Source: a virus. From it: DNA of 64,000 bases. The position numbers and the translations under genes were made by a program. Positions 26,719 to 35,619 of this stretch are shown piece after piece (position 1 is the stretch's first letter; each line of letters begins with the position of its first letter). The notes beneath the pieces are model-generated. The model was not told the origin of the DNA. It ran no database searches and saw only the letters and a list, made by a program, of their open reading frames with translations. The stretch lies in the IMG/VR virus record IMGVR_UViG_3300031566_000020, positions 818 through 64,817 of that record. One strand, given 5' to 3'.

Positions 26719-27434
26719 TGGAACTTAAAAACTTTATAATTTTAGGCAATTCAAAATGCGGTACAACGGGGCTGTATGCAACCATGAGCCAGCATCCTCA
26801 GATTGTTCCAGCAAGAACAAAGGAATTGTATTTTTTTGGTTCACCGAAATACACAAAGGGTGTTAATTGGTACAATAGCCAACTAGGAAAGTGTGATGAA
26901 AATCAAATCACAGGAGAATCTACACCTCCGTATTTTTTCCGAAAAGCATCAGTTCTCCAAATTTATAAATATGATAAAGATTTAAAGTTTATTGTTCTAT
27001 TAAGACATCCTGTGAAAAGAGTTATTTCTCATTATAACCATACGAGTGTACCTGGATATGCTTATCCGTTCTCAAAGTTTTTAGATAAAACATTAAAAAG
27101 GATATATATTGAAGCCCACCCATTTTTAATTTTATACCATGTCATTGGGAAAAGCTGTTACTATCCTATGATAAAATATTGGCTTTCTTATTTTCCAAAG
27201 AGCCAATTCCTGTTTGTTAAAAGCGAAGAGTATTTTACTCAGTCACAGAAGGTGTTAAACGAAATTTATAGGTTCTTAAATATTAGCGAATATGATACAG
27301 AGGTAATCCACGCATTAAAGGGCAAATACAGAGCAACAGTGACCGACGAAGACATCAAGCGATTAGAAGAGTATTATAAACCTTACAACAAACTGTTACC
27401 AGCCTTAATTGGTGAAAAATTTACATGGGAGTAG
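26718..27434 (+). CDS. PAPS-dependent sulfotransferase (heparan sulfate sulfotransferase-like)
   Basis: FIILGNSKCGTTGL (5'-PSB), QHPQI...KELYFF, GESTPPY, IVLLRHPVKRVISHY (3'-PB). Confidence 0.9.
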   Translation: MELKNFIILGNSKCGTTGLYATMSQHPQIVPARTKELYFFGSPKYTKGVNWYNSQLGKCDENQITGESTPPYFFRKASVLQIYKYDKDLKFIVLLRHPVKRVISHYNHTSVPGYAYPFSKFLDKTLKRIYIEAHPFLILYHVIGKSCYYPMIKYWLSYFPKSQFLFVKSEEYFTQSQKVLNEIYRFLNISEYDTEVIHALKGKYRATVTDEDIKRLEEYYKPYNKLLPALIGEKFTWE

Positions 27435-27439
27435 GATAG

Positions 27440-28051
27440 ATGAAAAACTATTTTTCTATAAGAAACGAAGAGCATATTAAGTTACAGTTGGAAGGAATGA
27501 AACAGCTTATCAATTTCTTCAGAACAGAATGCGGTGTCTATGCTTATTTAACCTATGGTTCGTTATTAGGGGCTGTTAGAAACCAAGATGTTATAGGTCA
27601 TGATACTGATTATGATATTGCCTATATGTCTAAATTCTCTGAACCAAAAGATATTCAGGCTGAATGGAGAGAGATATGCTGTAAACTAATTGATAACAAT
27701 ATGTTAGGCAAAATTTGGACTAAGCAAGGCATCTTTATCCATCCAACAAAAGACCAATTAGGTGATTTTTCCGGACAGATGCATGTGCAAACTCCAAATA
27801 GGGTTATTCATATTGATGTGTATACTTCCTTTTGTAAGAATGGAAAATACCATTTGAGTTTTGGAATTCATGGACACTTAAAGAGAAGTGATATTGTTCC
27901 TTTTGGCAAAGTAACATTAAGAGGTATTGACTTTCCAGCACCAAAAAGACCAGAAGCAATATTAAAATTTATGTATGGTAAGGATTGGATGACCCCAAAA
28001 GAAGCATATAAATATCAAGGAAAACGAAAGAAACTTTGGGAGTACAAATGA
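27440..28051 (+). CDS. licD: LicD family phosphotransferase
   Basis: YGSLLGAVRNQDVIGHDTDYDI, IDVY, PAPKRPEAILKFMYGKDW. Confidence 0.9.
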   Translation: MKNYFSIRNEEHIKLQLEGMKQLINFFRTECGVYAYLTYGSLLGAVRNQDVIGHDTDYDIAYMSKFSEPKDIQAEWREICCKLIDNNMLGKIWTKQGIFIHPTKDQLGDFSGQMHVQTPNRVIHIDVYTSFCKNGKYHLSFGIHGHLKRSDIVPFGKVTLRGIDFPAPKRPEAILKFMYGKDWMTPKEAYKYQGKRKKLWEYK

Positions 28052-28455
28052 AAAAAGTAATTACTTTCATGGTTGGAGATTTGTTTCACATAGGACATCT
28101 TAATATGCTTCAGAACGCTAAGAAGCTAGGAGATTATCTTATTGTTGGGATTCCTACATCATGGACTATAAAAGAACATATTAAAGGGAAAACTCCGATT
28201 TTTTCAGCAGAGGAAAGATTACGGATTGTTCAGGCTTTAGAGATTGTAGATTTTGCATTTATTTATACAGACAATGATAGTTTAGATGAATCAATAAGAT
28301 TATTAAAACCGGATATTATTTGCAGAGGAGATGACAACAAAAACTTTTTTGGTAAAAAAGCGTCAGAAGAAATAGGATGTGAGATTGTATATTTTCCATA
28401 TACACAAGGAATTTCATCAACAGAAATTAGGAGAAGATTATGCGAAGAAAATTAA
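28048..28455 (+). CDS. HxGH cytidylyltransferase (TagD / glycerol-3-phosphate CTase-like)
   Basis: GDLFHIGHLNML, LIVGI, EERL, PDII, YTQGISST. Confidence 0.9.
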   Translation: MKKVITFMVGDLFHIGHLNMLQNAKKLGDYLIVGIPTSWTIKEHIKGKTPIFSAEERLRIVQALEIVDFAFIYTDNDSLDESIRLLKPDIICRGDDNKNFFGKKASEEIGCEIVYFPYTQGISSTEIRRRLCEEN

Positions 28456-28631
28456 CAGATGAAGAAGTTTACATGATAGTTCGTGCAGAAGAAGAATGTG
28501 GTATGAACACTTTACTTCAAGAACTGTTTACATCAGAAAATCCTGTAGTTTATTGTGAGATTGATGAGAAGGGGTGTTTCGGAGAGTATACTGTTGAAGA
28601 AAAACATAAGAAAGTTAGGAGTAAAAAATGA
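28440..28631 (+). CDS. hypothetical protein (63 aa)
   Basis: AGGAG RBS; packed. Confidence 0.55.
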   Translation: MRRKLTDEEVYMIVRAEEECGMNTLLQELFTSENPVVYCEIDEKGCFGEYTVEEKHKKVRSKK

Positions 28632-29200
28632 GGGTAATATTTGGTGGAAATTCTGATATAGGAAAAGCGATTGAAGGGGAACATATATCTAGAAAAGATT
28701 GTGATGTAACAAAATTTAATGATGTTCTGCATATTATACAAACTTATAGACCAAATGAGATTGTGGATTGTGCTGGGGTTATTTATCCATCATCAATTTA
28801 CAGTTCAGATGTTTTAAGTTGGGAGCATGAGTTGAAGGTAAATTTAATAGGTTCTTACTATATTGCAAAGCTAGGTACACTTAATATAAACGCAAAGATT
28901 GTTTTCATTGGGTCTACAAGCGGATTAAGAGGTAGGGGTGATTGGAGTGGGTATTGTGCATCAAAGGCTGGATTAATATCTCTTGTTCAATCAATGGCTG
29001 AAGAAGGATATAATGCATGGGTGGTAAATCCATCAAGAACAGCAACCAAAATGAGAAAAAAGCTTTTTCCGGATGAAGACCAAAACACTTTATTGCAACC
29101 TTCAGATATAGCAAAAGTTGTGCAAGGATGTTTTGACGGTGTTTATAAATCCGGTAGTAGTATTACAGTAAAAAAAGATAAAATAATTGTAGAGGAGTAA
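28628..29200 (+). CDS. SDR oxidoreductase (Bcs1-type ribulose-5-phosphate reductase-like)
   Basis: GGNSDIG, AGV, NLIG, GSTSGLRGR, YCASK, NPSRTATKMRKKLFPDED. Confidence 0.8.
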   Translation: MRVIFGGNSDIGKAIEGEHISRKDCDVTKFNDVLHIIQTYRPNEIVDCAGVIYPSSIYSSDVLSWEHELKVNLIGSYYIAKLGTLNINAKIVFIGSTSGLRGRGDWSGYCASKAGLISLVQSMAEEGYNAWVVNPSRTATKMRKKLFPDEDQNTLLQPSDIAKVVQGCFDGVYKSGSSITVKKDKIIVEE

Positions 29201-29202
29201 TT

Positions 29203-29604
29203 ATGAAACTAAAATTTAAAACAGATGGTATTTTTACAGACATCACCGAAAAATTAAAGCCAACAATTAAAGATGGTATTTTAGTGGTATCAACCCAACA
29301 TACAACATGTATGTTAGCTATTCTTGAAAATGAATCATTGTTAAAGAAAGATATGGAAGGATTTTTAGAAAGAATTGCTCCGGAAAAAGGTGTTTATGCT
29401 CATGATTATATTGAGAAAAGAGATGTTCCTCCGGATGAAAGAATTAACGGTTTTTCTCATATCAGAGCAATGATGTTTCAACCATCATTAACAATTCCTG
29501 TAGAAGATGGCAAACTGGTACTTGGAAAATGGCAAACAGTATTCTTAATTGAATTAGACCCAAAAAGGGAACGAACTCTACATGTTGTCGAAATCGAAAA
29601 ATAA
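29203..29604 (+). CDS. yjbQ: YjbQ/UPF0047 family protein
   Basis: QHTTC, ENE...D, YAHD, NGFSHIRA, LVLGKWQTVFLIELD. Confidence 0.9.
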   Translation: MKLKFKTDGIFTDITEKLKPTIKDGILVVSTQHTTCMLAILENESLLKKDMEGFLERIAPEKGVYAHDYIEKRDVPPDERINGFSHIRAMMFQPSLTIPVEDGKLVLGKWQTVFLIELDPKRERTLHVVEIEK

Positions 29605-29613
29605 GGATTTATT

Positions 29614-32310
29614 ATGACTGACCAAATGCATCTTTTAAAAAAAGTTACTGATTTGCTTAAAGATAATAATATCGAATATTTCCTTGACTGTGGAACTCTA
29701 CTTGGTGCAGTTAGAGAAGGAGATTTTCTTGCTCATGATGCCAATGATATTGATATTGGATTGAAGCAAGAGGACTATTGGAAAGTAAGAACCATAATAG
29801 ACCGACATTTTGAGTTAGAATATAAAAATTATTGGAGAGCTGAAATTGCAGTTACTCTTGATAATAAATGCCATCTAGATATGTTTTTCTATACAGATGA
29901 AGGGAAATATCTAGCAACTCAAGCATGTTTAGGTAACCCAATGCAAAGAGGGATTAATATAGAATCTGAAACACGAAGATTAAAAGAGAATATTTTTCCT
30001 TTGAAAACAATCAAAATGAAAAGAAAAACTTTCTTTGTTCCAAATAATCCGGAAGCTGTATTAGAAGAACAATATGGGAAAGAATGGAGAACTCCTGTTA
30101 CAAAATGGTATCATGAATATGGACAGGGCTTAAATCCGGAGCATAGAACCATAGGAATATTAATCACAGCGTTTTTAAGAGATGACAAGCTTTTTAAAGA
30201 AGTAAATTCGATATTACAGTATTGCGATAAAGATGACCTATTCAGAAAATGGATTCGTATTTATATTGCTGACCAAGGAAATCCAGAATGGTCAGAAGAA
30301 AAACAAAGATTCTATGACCAATTAAGAGCAAACGGACATAAGATATTTAAAACACCTTACAATTCCGGGCTATCATACAACAGGAACTTTTTGGTTGAGC
30401 AAAGCAACGAACCATACCTGATGATTATAGATGATGATTTTGAGTTTACCGAAAAAACGGATTTAACTCAAATGATTGAAATTTTAAATCATAGAGAGAA
30501 AAACGGAATTGTTGGTGGAGATATTGATGAAAGACCTCCATATCATGCAAACTTAATGTTTGAAGTTAAGGGTGGAATTAATCATCTTTATAGAATACAA
30601 AAAATGAATCAAGAACAGAATGTTAAGAATTACAAATACTATTATACAGACATTGTGCTTAATTTCTTTTTAGCCAAACGAAAAGTCTTAGAAGATGTTA
30701 AATTAGACAACAATTTAAAATTGGTTGAACATTCTGACCACATGCTCCGTATTAAAAGAGATTCAGATTGGAAAGTGTGCTATTGTCCAGATGTTACATG
30801 TAGACATCAAAGAGGTAGAGATAGTGATGAGTATCGTAATTTCAGGCATAATCATAACTATGTGCAAATGTTTTTAGATAAATGGAATATTAAAGAAGAA
30901 AGAAACGCACACAAAGTATATGTAACTCCAATAAAAGAAATTAAGTGTATTGAAGAAAAACCTGAACATAAAGAAAAAATAAAAGTTGTTCAGATTGCAA
31001 GGATTCCATGTGCCAATAGTGCATATGAAGTGTCAAACCTATTAAATAAGTATTCAGATAAATATGAATCACGTTATATTTTAGGAGCAGAATATAGCCG
31101 AAACAATCAAACTATTCCTTTCAGACAATTTCCTTATGATATCTTATGGAAAGAAAATCAAGAGGAAGCTATTAGACTTATTAAAGAAGCAGATATTATT
31201 CATATTCACCACGATTCATGGGAAGACATAGAACAATATTTTGAAGGAAAGTGTGTTGTAAGTACGTTGTATAATTTAACACAGTCTTTACAGTATAAAG
31301 ATAATAAATTTAATAATGATTATCTTAATAAATTAAAATCTTTTGGACATATAACAGTTGCAGACCAGCCACTTCAAAAAATAATGTTCAGTGATATTTC
31401 AACTGACACTGTTCCATTAGTAAAAATGATGTTTGGGTTAAGAGTTTATGACAACGGAAATAAAAATGTTGTTATAGGCTTTGCTCCAACAAATAAAAGC
31501 CCTATAGGTATAGGAAGTAAAAGATTTGAAGAAGTTATGACTGTGATAAACGGTCTTAAAGAAAAATATGACTTTGAATTTAAATTAATCGAAGGACTTC
31601 CTTATGAAGAAAATTTGGTAGAAAAAGGCAAATGTGACATCATTATTGATGATGTTGATGATAGGTATGAAAAGGCTCACAACACAACTATTGAAGCTGG
31701 AATGCTCAATGCAGTTCCATTGACTAATTATAGTGGAGATTGGTATCCAGCACATAAGACATCAATCATTAACTTACAAGAAACTTTAGAGTTATATTTA
31801 GAGAACCCGGCATTGATAGAAGATTATCGTAAACGGATTTTGGAAAAATGGAGAGCCGAAGTGTATACTCCTCAAAATTTGTTAAAAGAATTTGAAAGAG
31901 TTTATGATAGTTTAACAATAAAGAAATCTATAGAAGAAATAGCAATACCAGATACAAAAGATTTATCAATTAAAGAAGAATTTATTTTACTAGATTCAAT
32001 TTTTGAACAAAATAAAATTGATTATTGTTTAATAAAAACAAGTTGTTTAGATGCAGTAAGGTTTGGAGAACCTCGTTTAACACCAGATACAATACATATA
32101 GCGGTAAAAGATATTGAAAAAGCGTCAGCGATTTATAAAGAATTAAATTTAAAATTAAAGGTTAAGTTTTCTACTAATATGCCACCAAAAATGAAAGAGA
32201 TTGGATTTTTTGGAAGGGCTAGAAAGATTCCATTTCCTGTAATTCCATATCTTCAAAATTTTTATGGATATGGAACAAGGTGGAGAAAGTATGGTATAAC
32301 AGAACAATGA
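29614..32310 (+). CDS. four-domain glyco-enzyme: LicD + GT-A (GT2/GT12-like) + GT-B (GT4-like) + degenerate LicD
   Basis: GTLLGAVREG...DIDI; GLSYNRN...IIDDDFEF...VLNFFLA; IGFAPT...DIIIDDV...TIEAG; C-terminal YCLIKTSCLDAV...PVIPYLQNFYG. Confidence 0.85.
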   Translation: MTDQMHLLKKVTDLLKDNNIEYFLDCGTLLGAVREGDFLAHDANDIDIGLKQEDYWKVRTIIDRHFELEYKNYWRAEIAVTLDNKCHLDMFFYTDEGKYLATQACLGNPMQRGINIESETRRLKENIFPLKTIKMKRKTFFVPNNPEAVLEEQYGKEWRTPVTKWYHEYGQGLNPEHRTIGILITAFLRDDKLFKEVNSILQYCDKDDLFRKWIRIYIADQGNPEWSEEKQRFYDQLRANGHKIFKTPYNSGLSYNRNFLVEQSNEPYLMIIDDDFEFTEKTDLTQMIEILNHREKNGIVGGDIDERPPYHANLMFEVKGGINHLYRIQKMNQEQNVKNYKYYYTDIVLNFFLAKRKVLEDVKLDNNLKLVEHSDHMLRIKRDSDWKVCYCPDVTCRHQRGRDSDEYRNFRHNHNYVQMFLDKWNIKEERNAHKVYVTPIKEIKCIEEKPEHKEKIKVVQIARIPCANSAYEVSNLLNKYSDKYESRYILGAEYSRNNQTIPFRQFPYDILWKENQEEAIRLIKEADIIHIHHDSWEDIEQYFEGKCVVSTLYNLTQSLQYKDNKFNNDYLNKLKSFGHITVADQPLQKIMFSDISTDTVPLVKMMFGLRVYDNGNKNVVIGFAPTNKSPIGIGSKRFEEVMTVINGLKEKYDFEFKLIEGLPYEENLVEKGKCDIIIDDVDDRYEKAHNTTIEAGMLNAVPLTNYSGDWYPAHKTSIINLQETLELYLENPALIEDYRKRILEKWRAEVYTPQNLLKEFERVYDSLTIKKSIEEIAIPDTKDLSIKEEFILLDSIFEQNKIDYCLIKTSCLDAVRFGEPRLTPDTIHIAVKDIEKASAIYKELNLKLKVKFSTNMPPKMKEIGFFGRARKIPFPVIPYLQNFYGYGTRWRKYGITEQ

Positions 32311-32891
32311 TAAATATACTTATAACAGGACATCCTAGAAGTGGTACACATTATATTGCTAATCTTTTAAATGCTTTAGGACATTCGTGTACCTACGAAA
32401 AAAGAAATCCTAATGGTTTTACTGCTTCTTGGAAACATATTAAGAGTGGAGTTTTTGAACCGCCATGCAGAGAAACAGAAATCGTTTGTGATTTTGATAA
32501 AATAATTCATCAAGTCAGACATCCTTTAAAGGTTATTGCATCTTCTACTACACTTTGGACAATGAGCATGATTTATATGGCTCAATTTATAGAACTTCCA
32601 GACCCAATTGTTAATAGAGAAAACACAATAAAAAATTGTATGGTTACTTGGTTAAAATGGAATGAGTTTATTGAAAAGAAAGCAGTATGGCGATATAGAT
32701 TAGAAGATTTAAAATATGTAAATAAAGAATGGTGCGAACAATTGGAAATCCCTTATTGTGAGATACCAAATAAAAGTCCTGTAAATACTAGAAAACATAT
32801 AGAATTAAATTGGTCAGATTTATATAAAATCAATACTGAATTAACAACAGAAATAAGGTCAAAGGCTTTTGAATATGGATACTCAACCTAA
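32307..32891 (+). CDS. second sulfotransferase-like protein
   Basis: ILITGHPRSGTHY (5'-PSB), HQVRHPLKVIAS (3'-PB). Confidence 0.8.
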   Translation: MINILITGHPRSGTHYIANLLNALGHSCTYEKRNPNGFTASWKHIKSGVFEPPCRETEIVCDFDKIIHQVRHPLKVIASSTTLWTMSMIYMAQFIELPDPIVNRENTIKNCMVTWLKWNEFIEKKAVWRYRLEDLKYVNKEWCEQLEIPYCEIPNKSPVNTRKHIELNWSDLYKINTELTTEIRSKAFEYGYST

Positions 32892-33705
32892 AATCGCAAT
32901 TTGTATTCCTACAATTCTAAAAGATAATGGCTTAATGCAATCACTTAATTCGATACTTGATGTTTATCAAGACAATTGGGTAGTGCTTATTGGTGAACAG
33001 AATAATATCGAAGATTATAGTGAAGAAAAAACTATTTTCTATCATACAGCTTGTGCAAAGGCACATGATGATTTACATCAGGATAGATTTAAAGTGGTTA
33101 AACTTCCTTATGATTGTGGTTTATCTTATGCAAGAAATAAGCTTGTTGAGAAAGCAATGGAAATAGGAGCAGATTATTGTGTTATTTCAGCAGATAGTAT
33201 TATGTTCACAGAATCAATGAAAAAATTAAATGAGTTATTTATTTGCTTTAAGGAGTATGATGTTGTTGGGTTAGAATTAAAAGGACGTATTTCTTGGGAA
33301 GCCTATTTAGATATACAAGAAGCATTTGTATTTGATTTTATTGAAAGGCATCCGGTTAATGCTCTTTTAGATAGATATACAGACAAGCAAATAACGGTTC
33401 ATACTTGTGATGTAATACGGAATTTCTTTATGGCAAAAACTCCGGTTTTAGCTTCTGTTCTATGGGATGATAATGTGAAGATGGGGGAGCATGGTGATTG
33501 GTTTTGGAGATTAAAACAAGAAGGGTTTAAGGTAGGATTTACAGATTATTGTGAAGGTCAGTATCGTTCAAATATAGAAACAGAATATAAACAGTTACGT
33601 CAGAAGAACTTAGAGATTGGTAAGGATTATATGAAAAAGAAATACAATCTCAAAAAATGGCATGAATATATTCATTTAGAAAGAGTTAGGAAACCCAATG
33701 TTTAA
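32875..33705 (+). CDS. GT-A glycosyltransferase (GT2/GT12-like), paralog of the GT-A domain in 29614-32310
   Basis: ICIPT, LPYDCGLSYARNKLV, CDVIRNFFMAK, EHGDWF; DxD degenerate (ISADS). Confidence 0.8.
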   Translation: MDTQPKIAICIPTILKDNGLMQSLNSILDVYQDNWVVLIGEQNNIEDYSEEKTIFYHTACAKAHDDLHQDRFKVVKLPYDCGLSYARNKLVEKAMEIGADYCVISADSIMFTESMKKLNELFICFKEYDVVGLELKGRISWEAYLDIQEAFVFDFIERHPVNALLDRYTDKQITVHTCDVIRNFFMAKTPVLASVLWDDNVKMGEHGDWFWRLKQEGFKVGFTDYCEGQYRSNIETEYKQLRQKNLEIGKDYMKKKYNLKKWHEYIHLERVRKPNV

Positions 33706-34399
33706 TATAATAAAAACAATATTTGATACAACAATTGCTATTTTTTTCTCTATTGAAACATACCAGTTTTTATTTTGTTTACTAATCACAGTTTCCATAC
33801 ACGAATTGGCTCATATGCTAGTGGCTCTAAAATGCGGTATGGGGGTCAAAGCATTTTCAATAGGGTTCGGTAAACCTTATTTACATAAAACCTTCAAGGG
33901 GATAGATTTTAGGCTTTCTCCGTTGCCTTTTGGGGGGTATTGTGACATAAAGGGCATGGAATCCAAGGAAGAACCTGATGATTTTTTGGCACATCCATAT
34001 AGGAACAAATTTGCTGTTTTAATTGCCGGAGTAACTGTTAATATCCTGTTTGCCTGTATTTGCTACATTATAAACTTTGGTTCTATTCGGCTTGGGTTTG
34101 CAATAGACATGGAGTTTTTAAAGGCATTGTTTACAAAGGATTATGAAATGGTAGCCTTTTTGGTTAGAAACATTCCTATGAATTGGCTTATTTTACAGCT
34201 ATCCTTGCTTAATATGTTCTGTGGATTAACCAATTTAATTCCTTTTCCGGCTCTTGATGGAGGGCATTTATGGGAAGTATTATTAGAGAAACCTTTAGGA
34301 GATAAATTTATTCCTGTTTACAGAGCTTTAAATTACTTTGGATTTATATTTTTGATTATTTTACAATTATATTTGTTATGGTGGGTTTACTTTAAATAA
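33698..34399 (+). CDS. M50 site-2 intramembrane metalloprotease (RseP-like, no PDZ)
   Basis: IHELAH, FSIGFG, LPFGGYC, AGVTVN, NLIPFPALDGGH. Confidence 0.92.
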   Translation: MFNIIKTIFDTTIAIFFSIETYQFLFCLLITVSIHELAHMLVALKCGMGVKAFSIGFGKPYLHKTFKGIDFRLSPLPFGGYCDIKGMESKEEPDDFLAHPYRNKFAVLIAGVTVNILFACICYIINFGSIRLGFAIDMEFLKALFTKDYEMVAFLVRNIPMNWLILQLSLLNMFCGLTNLIPFPALDGGHLWEVLLEKPLGDKFIPVYRALNYFGFIFLIILQLYLLWWVYFK

Positions 34400-34408
34400 G
34401 GAGTTATC

Positions 34409-34801
34409 ATGGAAAAACCAAGATTTACAGTTCAATACGAAGATAATACAAACTTTTCTGGAGTTACAATGGAAAGAGATTGGATGAAAATTGATGAATC
34501 CAAGAAGATTATCCGGGCTATTTTTGTATTTAATAATTCTCAAGTTATTTTAGAAGGTTACAAACAATACAACCATGTTATTGAAAAAGTTGCATTTGGA
34601 AAAAGCGGTATTAGTAGATTTATGTATATGGGAAGAAAAGAAAATAGCACTGATATTTTTGTTATTGATTTATTAAATAAGAGAATGTTTAAAAAAGAAC
34701 TTCCTATTTATCAAGAGTACGGAAAGCAAATTCTTAATGGTTGGCAAGAAGGTAAATTAAATAACCCAAGAATGCTATTCAACAATGCCGAAATTCGCTA
34801 A
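34409..34801 (+). CDS. hypothetical protein (130 aa)
   Basis: AAGGAG RBS. Confidence 0.7.
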   Translation: MEKPRFTVQYEDNTNFSGVTMERDWMKIDESKKIIRAIFVFNNSQVILEGYKQYNHVIEKVAFGKSGISRFMYMGRKENSTDIFVIDLLNKRMFKKELPIYQEYGKQILNGWQEGKLNNPRMLFNNAEIR

Positions 34802-35111
34802 TACTTATATAAAGAAATGTAATGCTCTAGGTATTAATCCATTAACACAGGATGAACTTGTGGAGCTTTGCAAACAGCTTCCAAAGTATCAAAAGAAGAC
34901 CTATCTCCAATTGTTGAGTTGTTTTAGGGTTGGAATATCAAGAACATGCTGTAATGGTTATTTAGAATCACAAACTTTAAACGACCTTTGGTTAATGTTT
35001 TATATCAATGAAGCATTTGGGTGGGGGTGGTTTGAAGGAAAGAATGAATGGATAAGAGTAAATAAATACAGCTCTCCAAAAATTATCTTAGATATTCCGA
35101 AGGATTCTTAA
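34785..35111 (+). CDS. hypothetical protein (108 aa)
   Basis: Last + strand ORF; converges with the structural operon. Confidence 0.6.
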   Translation: MPKFANTYIKKCNALGINPLTQDELVELCKQLPKYQKKTYLQLLSCFRVGISRTCCNGYLESQTLNDLWLMFYINEAFGWGWFEGKNEWIRVNKYSSPKIILDIPKDS

Positions 35112-35619
35112 AATCAACAAGAATTTTAGCTTCTGGAACAATTAAAGGGTCACTGTCAAAATACTTTTTTATATAGGAAGACATTCTTAAATAGAGAGTA
35201 TTATCTTTCACATCAAAAACAGAAGTTTGCTGTACATTATATTGTCCATTATAAAAATCAATTTCATTCTCAATCCCTGATTGATATACAATATTATAAG
35301 TAATGTAAGGCATTATCGTTTCAGCTAAAGATTCTACAACTCCCTCACCAGCTATTGAAGCAATAGTTACATCCCAAGATTTAAAAACATATTCCACTTC
35401 TCCGTCTTCATCTAATAGAAAATCCATAACTTCAAAATCAGTAGAATAGTTACGAAATTTTGCTTGATAGTAGATATGCTTATTACCATCTCTGGTAATT
35501 TGTATCCATTTATCTCTATCACTATATTCATTTTTTAGAGTAGAATCGTTTTTATTATCATACCTATTTGCAGTTTCTAAAACAGGTTTCTCTCTCATTT
35601 CATCTCTTGGAGTTGTCAT
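35083..35619 (-). CDS. hypothetical, probable tail-tip associated protein
   Basis: Last gene of the - strand operon; ATGA overlap. Confidence 0.6.
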   Translation of the reverse strand: MTTPRDEMREKPVLETANRYDNKNDSTLKNEYSDRDKWIQITRDGNKHIYYQAKFRNYSTDFEVMDFLLDEDGEVEYVFKSWDVTIASIAGEGVVESLAETIMPYITYNIVYQSGIENEIDFYNGQYNVQQTSVFDVKDNTLYLRMSSYIKKYFDSDPLIVPEAKILVDFKNPSEYLR

